The notes under the pieces are model-generated. The model ran no database searches and was not told the DNA's origin. It was given only the letters and a program-made list of their open reading frames with translations. A DNA stretch of 64,000 bases from Eledone cirrhosa (taxonomy: Eukaryota): NCBI GenBank assembly GCA_964016885.1, contig OZ024742.1, forward strand, positions 179,676,001-179,740,000, given 5' to 3'. This document shows positions 52,305 through 64,000 of the stretch, piece by piece (within the stretch, counting starts at the first letter, position 1; each line of letters opens with the position of its first letter). The translations under genes and the position numbers were made by a program.

Positions 52305-53310
52305 ATACTTACATACATACATACACACACAAACACACACACATATATATATATAGTACATTGGTAACAGAAAACTGTGAAAACTGCCCTTGTAGACTAT
52401 TATTGGTACTGAACAAATGTTCACTAGTCTGCGTTTCACACCACAGTGAACCCATAATCATACATGTATCATCATCATCATCACAATTATCATCTGTTTT
52501 CTCTATGTATGTATATATATGTGTGTGTGTCTGTGTATGTGTACATGTATGTGTGTGCATGAGCACATGTAAATGTGTGTGTATGTATAAATACACACAC
52601 ATACCTACATACATATATGCATGTATGTATGTATGTATGTATGTACATAAATACATACATATGTACATACATACATACATACATACATAAACACATACAT
52701 ACATAAACACATACATACATAAATGCATAATTCGGCACATACATATGCATGTCACTGTAGAGTGAATGTGTGTGTTTATAAAAATCGATACACAACAAAA
52801 CCTTACAACAACACTGACATAAATATTTAAAATAACAAAAGTATGGACGTGCTTTTATTACTAGCCTTTGTCAAATATTCTTTTGATGTGATAATCACCG
52901 TATTGAAAACCTTTTTTTATTTTGTCACAGATATTGCACATGTGACTTAGAGGAGTGAAGTGAAATATAAAGATTTTTCCATAAAATCAAGTGAGAAGAA
53001 GAAGAAGAAGAATAGCAATAACAACAACAACAAAAACAAGAACAACAGCAGCAGCAAAAAAAAACAAAAAAAACTGGGAAAGAAATTGAAAATAATTTGA
53101 GCTTCAAAATGGATTTTAGAAATGTAGAATGAGTAACGAATAGGCAGATGTGTGCGTCTATGTATATATATATATATATATATTGTTCACTAAGCAACCA
53201 AATTATACAATAAATTCAAATCTATATCTATCTGTCTCTCTATATATAAACATATATATATATATTAAAAATAAAGGGAATTCCTTGGTCCAGTAAGATA
53301 AGATAAATTT

Positions 53311-53485
53311 GAAAAAAGAAAGAATGACTTCCCTTGTGGTTGATGTTCTTTAATAATTCAAATCTTTGTAATAAGTCGTTATTGATATTAGTTCTGGTCT
53401 AATATCAATAACGACTTCTTATTGTAAAGATTTGAATTATTGAGAGAACAACAACCACAAGTGAAGTCATTCTTGCCTTTTTTCC
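53311..53485. repeat. Hairpin with about 80-bp arms and a 7-nt loop, between (TA)n tracts
   Basis: ...aagtcgttattgatattag ttctggt ctaatatcaataacgactt... Confidence 0.85.
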
Positions 53486-53500
53486 AATATATATATATAT

Positions 53501-53545
<45 letters not shown>

Positions 53546-54209
53546 CGTACGTACATACATACAAACATACATACATGCATACATACCCACATTCATATCG
53601 ATGACCTAATCCTTACAGCTGACTTCGTATGAGAGTTAGAGCAAAATTCCAGGCATATGAAAATAACCTATGAACAAAAGGCCTAAGCTTAGCAAAGATT
53701 ATATTCTTAATAAGTAGGAACGAGGACAGAAGAGTGATACCATCAATAGCAGCTTTGTTCAATATATTAGAAATGAGTGGGCAGGAATTCTATTAAGTGC
53801 ACACATTTGTAATCTATGGCAGGCAAGAAATGCTGTGTGATTGCAGGTAGGTTAATGGAAAAAATAGATTTGTATGTGGCAGATGCACAGGAGAGTATGT
53901 TTGGAATAAATACAGTTAGTTGACAGGAAGGCTCCATAGAATTTGTTGACAGATTTTGTTCCCTAGCTAAAGCATTAGGGGAAGATGATCTGGATAAGAA
54001 CAAACTAGAAGAAATTTAGACCTGACCACCAGCGTAAATGTGACTTGACCCATCACTGCACACCTTCACCCCATCCATGTCCCCTCTAGTATTATCTCTT
54101 AGCTATTATTCCACCTCCTCCCCCACCATATGCTGCTTAGATACCTTCTCTATTGCACTTAGTATAGTACACCCTCTCCACTTTGTCTATATATATATAT
54201 ATATATATA

Positions 54210-55052
54210 CTAGCAGCTGAGCCCAGTTGCACCCGGGGCCACTTTTTATTAAGTTAATAATTTGAAAAATATTATTGAAAGTTTATTATAAAGAAGCAGT
54301 TTCAGGGAAAAAAAAATAGAAATATGCACTTGGGGCTGGACGGCGTACAATGAGAAGAGGAGCGATGTGAAAAGCATTGTTTATTAACAGCGAAATAGCA
54401 ATGTCGATGATATGCAATTTGAAAAATACTACTTACTGATAAAAACACGCGTCCCTTCTTAGCAATTTAAAGGTTTTATTTCTTGTGATGGAAAACAGTG
54501 ACCGTACTACAGAATCGATTTCATAAAACGGTTCTGTGAAAATGAAACGTACTGTAGGAGACAACAGTTTATTAATCTGCATTTTCAAACTTGCATATTA
54601 TCGACATTGCTATTTCGCTGTTAATAAACAACGCTTTTCACGTCGCTCCACTTCTCATTGTACGCCGTCCAGCTCCAAGTGCATATTTCTATTTTTTTTC
54701 CTGAAACTGCTTCTTTATAATAAACTTTCAATAATATTTTTCAAATTATTGGTACTGTATGTTAACAGCGAAAGAACGTTGATGAGTTTAAAAATTTGTA
54801 TGAAATTGTAAATAACTCAGCCAAGTATTAGAACAGGGGGAAATAACTTACCGAATGCGATAGTAAATAGACCGTTTGGGGGCCCTAGGGACCACATTTT
54901 TCAAGTTAGAGATTTGAAACCTCATCTATTTGATTCCTTGGTACTTTTTACATAGGTGTGTAAATTTTCATGTCCATCCGACCACGTCTACTACCATTTA
55001 ACGGTGCACATCTGAATTTCAACCACCACCCATTTCACAAATATATATTAGA
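54210..55052 (-). mobile_element. Non-autonomous Helitron-like element containing a 170-bp inverted repeat
   Basis: Minus-strand 3' end ccgggtgcaactgggctcagctgCTAG|T; 5' end TCTAATATATA. Inverted-repeat arms at about 54255-54427 and 54580-54750. Confidence 0.6.
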
Positions 55053-55061
55053 TATATATAT

Positions 55062-55612
55062 AGTGTGAAAAATTGAAGAATAACATGGTCAGCTGTACAA
55101 AAAGGGTTTTATTTACAGTATTAACAATTGTTTCATTGATTAGGTATGTCTAAAGGCCGCTAATCACTCGAAGTTGTGTTGCTCGACCTTAAATACAGTG
55201 TTTTCCTGATCAAATCATCGGAATACTAAATAATTTGTACGCAGTGTTTGAATTTATAGATACAACAGAGAATCCAAACAACACCATCAATAATAAAAAA
55301 AAGAAAAAGAAAATAATAATAATAATAAAGAAGTTAGAATGAAGATGATAAAATAGTGAAATAGGGGGTGAAATAGCTTTAGGGAGAGAGAGTGAGAGAA
55401 AGGTTAGGAGATTTATGATGTTGATTTAGTGATTAGTTGGTCAGTTGACAGCTAATAATCGTGGGGTGGTATGCAGTTATTATAATAGACTCTGGGTGGT
55501 TCAGCTTGAATTAGGGGATTGCTGGATCGAATCATGTTGGTTTGAAATTTGCGAATTTAGTAGCTGCTTTGTGCCTACAGAAAACTGATTGTTCTATCTC
55601 GCTGTTACAGAG
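55062..55612 (-). mobile_element. 3' end of another Penelope-like element with a hammerhead
   Basis: NSEIEQSVFCRHKAATKFANFKP resembles the PLE C-terminus NKRQELIISCNHKLRKTFKYYKP. The 3' end abuts (TA)n. Confidence 0.6.
55117..55227 (-). ncRNA. Hammerhead motif with an extended (about 80 nt) stem II region, core CCGATGA
   Basis: agtatt CCGATGA t ttgatcagg...cctaatcaa t GAAA caattg TT aatact, then AATAAA. Confidence 0.6.
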
Positions 55613-55613
55613 G

Positions 55614-55656
<43 letters not shown>

Positions 55657-55838
55657 TGAGATTTGAAAGAAAGCACTTAATGGGATGATATTGGAGAAAT
55701 TCTGTATAGAACCAAAGTAGAATATGCTGATCTTACAAGTAAAAAAAAAGTATATGCATAATAAATATGTTTATATATAGATACATGTGTGTGTATATCT
55801 TTTAACCATTCTCATCAAATGGGGAATGAAGATGTTAA

Positions 55839-56047
55839 CTCTTTAGCATTTAAACCAGCCGTATCCGGCCAGAATTCACTCACCTCTTTCTATTCAAACC
55901 GGCTGTAACTGGCCGCTTAGACTTAATGTTAAGGTATTGTCCTTAAAATAAATAATATCAATATCTCATAGATCCAATATTATGGGAAATAAAGTGTTTA
56001 CCATGAAAATATAATAGTAAATATAATGTAATGTAAATGCTAAAGGG
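55839..56047. mobile_element. piggyBac-type MITE
   Basis: TTAA|ctctttagcattta...taaatgctaaaggg|TTAA. Confidence 0.75.
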
Positions 56048-56265
56048 TTAATCTTGTATATATTCAAGCAGTGAGCTAATGATATTAAACACCGGTAAAC
56101 AAAATAAAAGCATTTGTATTGGAACAGATTTTCCAAATGTATTCATGCCTATATTTTCTCTTGTTTGCTCTCTGAAAATGAAGAAATTGAAGGGAATTCC
56201 TTATTATTCTGAACTGTATAATTAAACTTGATAGTTTTGATATTAATATATGGGGGAGAGTAATA

Positions 56266-56452
56266 CAGTGAAATTCTGTTATATCGAAATTCATGGGGTA
56301 TAAAAAAAATTCGTTGTAACGGAAAATTCTTTATAATGAGATTGACCAAAACAAATTGTGCATTTGTTTGTTATTACTTTGGGGATTGAAAAATATTTTG
56401 TTATACTGAAAAATTCTTTATAATGTTGTTCGTTATAATGGAATTTTACCTG
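56266..56452. mobile_element. Tc1/mariner/pogo-type MITE
   Basis: TA|cagtgaaattctgttata...tataatggaattttacctg|TA. Confidence 0.65.
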
Positions 56453-56634
56453 TATTAATATATATAGAGAGTAATATCAATATATATATAGGGGAAAGTA
56501 ATATTAATATATAGGGGGGAGGTTAAATGATGTTGTGATATTTATGCATCTCCAAATGAATTAGAAATTAGATCACAGAACTGGTTTATTTGAAAGTTAA
56601 CTCCAACTGAATTTGATTATTTGCATCATATATT

Positions 56635-56730
56635 TTCTTCTTCTTCTTCTGCTTCTTCTTCTTCTTCTTCTTCTTCTTCTTCTTCTTCTTCTTCTTCTTC
56701 TTCTTCTTCTTCTTCTTCTTCTTCTTCTTC
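56635..56730. repeat. (CTT)n microsatellite
   Basis: Direct reading. Confidence 0.95.
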
Positions 56731-57307
56731 ACCATATATTACTTTCCTATCCATGTAAAAAACAAAGTACAAAACCTATTTTTGTGAAGATCATTAGCAG
56801 CCTTAATGAAGTGGAATAACTAGTAATAATATAATAAACCCGCAGGCTACATATTAAGTATGCATATTAGAAGCATATCTTATAGTAATCCTGTCATTAT
56901 CATTATCTCTCTAAATTCAAATACCAGCAAAGTCAATTTTGCTTTCATCCTTCCAAGCTCGATAAAGTACCAGTCAGGTACTGGGGTTGATTTAATTGAC
57001 TTTCCCTTCTCTCCAAATTGCTGGCCTTGTGCTTAAATAAAACAACTACTGTCACTATCACCCCTGTTGACATTGTCAGCATATTTAACATTATCAGTAT
57101 TTTTCTGTGTTGCCATTGGCTGATTATTTCTGTCTCTAGAACAAGTTTTCCATATATCTACAGATATAAATACTTGGACATATCATCAATGTAGCATCTT
57201 GCAGTTACTGGGTGTTTTATGAGAGGTTTTACAACATACACCCGTATCCAGCTGATCCAACTACAGTATACATCATCCATGTTATATCCTCACCATGCTA
57301 GATTTAA

Positions 57308-57530
57308 CCCTTTAGCATTTACATTACTCAATCTATTAATTATAATATTTTCACAGTAAACACTTTATCTTACATAATTATCTCACATAAAATTAAATCT
57401 ACAAGATTTTGATATTATTTATTTTGAGAACAATACCTTAACATTGGTATGAGCAGCTGATTATGGCTGGTTTGAACAGAAAGTGGTGAGAGAATTCTGG
57501 CCGGATACTGTCGGTTTAAATGCTAAAGGG
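57308..57530. mobile_element. piggyBac-type MITE (same family as 55839, opposite orientation)
   Basis: TTAA|ccctttagcattta...taaatgctaaaggg|TTAA. Confidence 0.8.
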
Positions 57531-57703
57531 TTAATAGTATGATTGGAACTGGTTGCACTCATCATCATTGTTTAACGTACGCTTTCTATACTAGCTAGGG
57601 TTGGATAGGTCTACATATATCAAGTCAGTACTGAAGTGGTGCTACACACCTCCCAGACAGCCTGGTGAGGTGGGGGGGGGGATCTGTGTCTCACGTACAG
57701 TTA

Positions 57704-57801
57704 TTGACTTTGCCTTTCATCCTTACGGGGTCGATAAAATAAAGTACCAGTAATGCACTGGGTAATTGCTGGCCTTGTGCCTAAAGTAGAAACAATTATT
57801 T
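57704..57801 (+). mobile_element. SINE family 1, 3' half
   Basis: Core and tail match the family. Confidence 0.85.
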
Positions 57802-58830
57802 CTATTGAGTGCACAAAAGAGGTTGTCATGTCTTTTGACACAAAACTGAATGGTTCTCTCAACTCTTTATTTGACAAGCTTTCTTTGGTTGGCTGCCCTT
57901 CCTATAACCAGGGCTTTCTTATAGATTGGACCTTGCTATCACTATGCATGGAAATTCCTATAAACCAAAGGGAATGGTCATGGCAAGAATGCTTTTGGTA
58001 TTTTGTATGCTCAATTGTGGCTGACGTTAAGTTATATAACAACATAAATAAGAGTGATTAGTACCAATAGTTGGCCATTTGAGATAGGCAATGATGATGA
58101 TAGTGGTGTTGGTTTTGGTGGTGATGGGAGTGGGGAGGGTGATGTTGTTTTGGTTTCGATGATGATGATGATTTTAGTCATTTTGATGGTGATGGAGAAT
58201 GATTAATAGAAGCAGGAGGCATAATGACGATGATGATGTAATATTGGTTGTTTTGACTCTGATTGGAATGATGATGATGGAGATGGTGATTAAAATAAGC
58301 AGAATGATGATCACATTTTTTCAGTTGATATGACAAACACACGCATACACACATACATGTATACACATACATCCACGTACAGACATATACACACATGTAA
58401 ACACATTCATACACACATCTATACACACTCACATGTACACATGCATGTATAATGGAATATACATACACAAGTACACATACGTAAACACATACACACATAA
58501 ATATATACACACACATATAAAAACACATACACATATACACACACACATATAAATACATGCATACACACATGTGCACAGATACATACATACACAGATATTT
58601 CTTTCTATAATGAACATTTATGCAAATTAGACCCAATTATGTCCAACCAACTCTATAATCAATTATCTGGTGTTTTGGATATGTTTACATTCTTGTCTGA
58701 ATCCATAAATCTCCTCACACCCCCACAGAAAACCCCACTCCCACACCACAACACAGCACATGTAACCCCCACCACACCAGACCATCATTTAACATCTGAG
58801 TTTTCCATGCTAGCATAGGTTGAACTGAAC

Positions 58831-58872
<42 letters not shown>

Positions 58873-59020
58873 TATATATAATACACACACACACACACTC
58901 ACACATATATATATATACATACATATACATATATATATATATCCATATATATATATACATATATATATAATAAATATATATATAATATATATATATATAG
59001 ACACACGCATATATATATAC

Positions 59021-59070
<50 letters not shown>

Positions 59071-59372
59071 AGACCCATGCTAGCGTGGAAAATGGACGTT
59101 AAACGATGATGATGATGATGATATATATATATATATATATGTATGTATATACATGTATATGTATATATATATATTATCATCATCATCATCATCATCATTT
59201 TACGTTCGCTTTTCCCTGCTTGCATATATATATATATATATGTATGTATGTATATACATGTACATATATTTATATACATGTATATACATTTATATATATA
59301 TATATATATGTATATACATGTATATATATATATATATATAATATATATACATATACATCTATATACATACAA

Positions 59373-59462
<90 letters not shown>

Positions 59463-59817
59463 TTATATACATATATATATATATAGTTTATTGTTTGTGT
59501 GACGTCAAGTTACTATTGATTCACCAGTTTGATCACTTGATGCTTAAGTGGATCCAGTTTCTGGTGAAGTATCGTACTTTTGGTATTACACCATGGTCGG
59601 TATCATTAAGAAGTAGAGTGTTATTAATAACAATAATAAGTAGTAGGAACGAGGTAACAGTATAGCATCATTATGTTTAATCATGTGTGACAGACGTTTC
59701 GTAATCAATCAGTAATCGACAAGTCTGATGAGCATTTGATTCGAGAGTTTGGTGTGATGAAATCAATCATCCCTTGAGCTGATCAATTGTGCAACGTGCA
59801 TCACATATGAGTCAACA

Positions 59818-60785
59818 TAATTGTTTCTACTGTAGGCACAAGGCCAGCAATTACCCAGTGCATTACTGGTACTTTATTTTATCGACCCCATAAGGATGAA
59901 AGGCAAAGTCAGCCTCGGCGGGATTTGAACTCAGATCGTAAAGGGATGAGTCAACATAATGATGCTATATTGGTACCTTATTCCTACTTTTTATTACTAT
60001 TTTGGCAGTATTGGTAGAATATCAGACAACATACTTTACAGCACACAGTTATGGCCCTTTATGCTGATTTCAAATCCTTCCAAGGTTAGCTATGCCTTTC
60101 ATCTTTATGGGACTGATAAAATAAAGCACCACTTACACACTGGGGTCGATTTAATAGACTTTCCTCTCTCTGTCAAATTGCTGGCCTTCTGTCTAAAGTA
60201 GAAACAATTATTATTATTATTGGCAGTAATCGCTAGAGTGTTGGAAGCCATGCTTTACGCATAGAGTTACGACCCTTTACGGTCTGAGTTCAGATCCCGC
60301 CAAAGTTAACTTTGCCTTTCATCCTTATCGGGTCGATAAAATAAAGTACCAGTCACGCATTGGGGTCAATTTAATATCGACTTTCCCCTCCCCCCAAAAT
60401 TGCTGGCCTTGTGCCTATATAAGAAACCATTATTATTATTATTATTATTGGCAGTATCGGTAGAGGTTCGGATGCCATGCTTTGCAGCATAGAGTTACTG
60501 TCCTTTATGATCTGAGTTCAAATCCCGCCGAGGTTAACTTTGCCTTTCAGCCTTACAGGGTCGATAAAATAAAGTACCAGTATATGCACTGGGTAATTAC
60601 TGGCCTTGTTCCAAAAGTAGAAATAATAATAATTATTATTATATGCTGGCCTTGGGCCTAAATTAGAAATCATTATTAATTATTATTATTTTGCCTTTGA
60701 TCCTTACGGGGTCGATAAAATAAAGTACCAGTAATGTACTGGATAATTGCTGGCCTTGTGCCTAAAGTAGAAACAATTATTAATT
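59818..60785. mobile_element. SINE family 1 cluster: one minus copy, then 4-5 head-to-tail plus copies
   Basis: Units at about 60002, 60220, 60448 and 60690, joined by (ATT)n tails. Confidence 0.88.
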
Positions 60786-60811
60786 ATTATATATATATAA
60801 ATATATAACTA

Positions 60812-61078
60812 TATTGTTATACTTTGGGAGGGTCATGTTGCCAATAAGAAACACATGCACCAGTTGCTTTCACTTCAATTTATTATAATAAATTTATAAA
60901 TTTAGGAATTTATAAATTTCCAGTTGGTTGGTTGGTTCCACAACCAGATGGTTGTTTATATATTGTCAAAGTTCTTGTGTCACACATTGTGTGACCTCTT
61001 CAGTGACTGGGGATTCTTTTCTTTGTTTTTTGTGCCTCTCCTTTGTTCTGTCCTACGCCATCTTGTTTCTGTGTGTCA
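60812..61078 (-). mobile_element. Hammerhead-bearing repeat family C, left inverted copy (GAAA mutated)
   Basis: Reverse complement of 62098-62359. Confidence 0.8.
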
Positions 61079-61161
61079 GTGTATATATATATACACATAT
61101 ATATATACATATATAAATACATTCATATATATATATATACATATATACACATATATATATG

Positions 61162-61768
61162 GTGGCTGCCAACTCGTTTTCGAGTACGGCCACTACTTTA
61201 TATCCATGTAGGAGAACCTCTACCGATGCGCTGAACGAGTGTGACTTTTTAGTCCAGCCAGCAACTTGAAAACTCTGGTACAAACACTACACCTGTGACA
61301 ATTATTGACACATAATGCTGGGCCCATGGTACCATGTGATGACAAGTGCAGAGAGATCTCCAGATACGAAGCAATGCCTGTGCCGTGAAGCTTTTATAGT
61401 GAGCAAAGCACTGCACAAAGCCAGTCCCACTCTCTTAACCAAGATGATATTTACCAAAAAGAAGAACAAGTCAACATCATTGGATACCATCAGGGTTGCA
61501 GGTGTTATATCAGAGTTTTCCTTCTCCTAGAATTCTGCCTTGACAAAGGCTAAGGGGTCATCTCTCCCGGTGATTTTGGATGGCCATTGACTCTTAACAG
61601 CTCCTTTGCCCTTTGACAGGTTTTGTTTTTAGTCCTGCAGGATGTCCACATTCACCCTCCTCACCAAGAAACCTTGGTGGGGTTGCCAGTTTAGTCGCCA
61701 ACGACCCGACCATGGGACAGGTTGTACTGGGATGCATGTTACCAGTAGCACCAACTGGTGACCTGACA
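61162..61768 (-). mobile_element. RTE-type LINE 5' UTR fragment
   Basis: ctaggagaaggaaaactctga and agagtcaatggccatcc motifs; bounded by (TA)n. Confidence 0.5.
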
Positions 61769-61833
61769 TATACATACATATATATATATATACATACATA
61801 TATATATATACATACATATATATATATATATAC

Positions 61834-61972
<139 letters not shown>

Positions 61973-62097
61973 CATATACATATATATATACATATATATA
62001 TATACATATATATATACATATATATATACATATATATATACATATATATATACATATATATATATACATATATATATACATATATATTTATAATATA

Positions 62098-62359
62098 TAC
62101 AAAAACAAGATGGCGTAGGACAGAACAAAGGAGAGGCACAAAAAACAAAGAAAAGAATCCCAGTCACTGAAGAGGTCACAGAATGTGTGACGAAAGAACT
62201 TTGACAATATATAAACAACCATCTGGTTGTGGAACCAACCAACCAACCGGAAATTTATAAGTTCCTAAATTTATAAATTTATTATAATAAATTGAAGTGA
62301 AAGCAACTGGTGCATGTGTTTCTTATTGGCAACATGACCCTCCCAAAGTATAACAATAT
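62098..62359 (+). mobile_element. Hammerhead-bearing repeat family C, right copy
   Basis: Inverted partner of 60812-61078. Confidence 0.8.
62163..62205 (+). ncRNA. Minimal type I hammerhead ribozyme motif (family C)
   Basis: gtca CTGAAGA g gtcaca-gaatg-tgtgac GAAA gaac TT tgac. Confidence 0.75.
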
Positions 62360-62747
62360 CGGTTTCAACACACGTTTTCAGATAAAGAATCTTGCTAAAC
62401 AAATTCAGAAACGAAATATATAAATATATATATATATTAAATTCAAAGGGGTTTATATATAGTTAGACATAGTCACAGATACATTTTTTCTTCAAACTTC
62501 TATTTTGTACCTAACACTGTGTAGTTAACTATTTGTCTGGTCAATTTCTACAGGCTAAAAGAAATAATTAGATAAATGTCATATGGCTGTACATTGCGGA
62601 AGATAACCTGTATCATTTGTCTATTATTTCTTCATAATTACATTTTAAACTTATAGCCTCGTTTAAATGATTTAATATGTGATTGATTTATACTGATTAG
62701 GAGAGGAAATACTGTATATATTTTATCTAATAGTTCTTCAGACTTGC

Positions 62748-62820
<73 letters not shown>

Positions 62821-63065
62821 AGTATGTGTGTATACGTACATACATATATGTATACAGACGTACAGTAGCATGCACACATATATATATATATATATATATA
62901 CATATATACATACAGGTACACATACATATATGCACGTATCAGTTTAGCGGACGCTTATTATAACGCCGCTTTGTTCGTTTGTAAACAAACTGAACAGCCT
63001 GAATTTTTTATGCCGTACGGTGTTAAGGCAACCACGTCACCTTTTTGTTCAACACCGACACAGGA

Positions 63066-63108
63066 ACGGTGTACTAGTTTCAAGCTTATTAGCTATCATC
63101 AGCACCGT
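63066..63108 (-). ncRNA. Minimal type I hammerhead ribozyme (family B, unit 1)
   Basis: acggtg CTGATGA t agc-taataa-gct t GAAA ctag TA caccgt. Confidence 0.88.
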
Positions 63109-63142
63109 ATACCCATCTGCCAGATAGTTGAACGTTCGAAAG

Positions 63143-63190
63143 TATATACTTTCCTTATGAAAATTAACGGCTGAGCAGCCTAATTTGCAT
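63143..63190 (-). promoter_or_regulatory. Candidate octamer + TATA promoter upstream of the hammerhead (family B)
   Basis: ATGCAAAT at 63183-63190(-) and TATATA at 63143-63148. Repeated at 63648-63655 / 63608-63613. Confidence 0.5.
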
Positions 63191-63338
63191 ATCGAGTGAG
63201 CTAAGTCGGTCAGGCATACCGAAAACGATAAGTTGAAATAAAATGAAAACGAAATTTCATTTTTCACTCTTACTTACTTAAATGTAAGTATGTGTGTATA
63301 CGTACATACATATATGTATACAGACGTACAGCAGCATG

Positions 63339-63372
<34 letters not shown>

Positions 63373-63530
63373 TACATACAGGTACACATATATATATGCA
63401 CGTATCAGTTTAGCGGACGCTTATTATAACGCCGCTTTGTTCGTTTGTAAACAAACTGAACAACCTGAATTTTTATGCCGTACGGTGTTAAGGCAACCAC
63501 GTCACCTTTTTGTTCAACACCGACACAGGA

Positions 63531-63573
63531 ACGATGTACTAGTTTCAAGCTTGTTAGCTATCATCAGCACCGT
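63531..63573 (-). ncRNA. Minimal type I hammerhead ribozyme (family B, unit 2)
   Basis: acggtg CTGATGA t agc-taacaa-gct t GAAA ctag TA catcgt (G-U wobble in stem I). Confidence 0.85.
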
Positions 63574-63739
63574 ATACCCATCTGCCAGATAGTTGAACGT
63601 TTGAAAGTATATACTTTCCTTATGAAAATTAACGGCTGAGCAGCCTAATTTGCATATCGAGTGAGCTAAGTCGGTCAGGCATACCGAAAAGTGCCGTACT
63701 AAGAGTGAGAAATGAAATTTCGTTTTCATTTTATTTCAA

Positions 63740-63823
<84 letters not shown>

Positions 63824-64000
63824 AGACAGAGAGTGAGAGATATTGCACCACCTCTGGAGTCATTTAGGTACAATTGCTTGTTTGGTTGTCTATTTCAATC
63901 TTTCCCTGAGCACCCCCCCCCCCCCCTCCCCCTACCTTTCCTCAGCCTATATTTTGTATGGTTCTACTCTTTTCCTTCAAGTAAGAAAGAGTTCCAAAAG

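Larger units (their letters stand above)
62817..63745 (-). mobile_element. Retrozyme-like family B: tandem dimer of a 465-bp unit with an inverted terminal piece
   Basis: The two hammerheads are 465 bp apart. 63700-63745 is the reverse complement of 63228-63272. Flanked by (TA)n. Confidence 0.8.

Overview
AT-rich, microsatellite-dense animal DNA made almost entirely of mobile elements. The SINE, (TA)n and LINE content suggests a cephalopod such as Octopus, which is an inference. I could not support any host protein-coding exon. Main contents: (1) a head-to-tail array of three Tx1/L1-type LINEs joined by (GATA)n tracts (1-9.9 kb); (2) a 5.5-kb palindrome made of two 5'-truncated Penelope-like elements (RT + GIY-YIG, CxCx5Cx5C linker, Hydra-clade-like), plus a second decayed near-full-length PLE with pseudo-LTRs; (3) Helitron Rep and non-autonomous Helitron pieces, RTE, CR1, CRE and R4/Dong LINE fragments, MITEs and many tRNA-derived SINEs; (4) about 11 type-I hammerhead ribozyme motifs from several unrelated sequence families. 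Two of these families are short tandem units (about 300-330 and 465 bp) that look like non-LTR retrozymes. Both share an octamer - 34/35 bp - TATATA - hammerhead cassette, suggesting self-transcribing, self-cleaving and possibly circular RNAs mobilised by the neighbouring PLEs. Element boundaries were read by eye and are approximate unless a motif is quoted.
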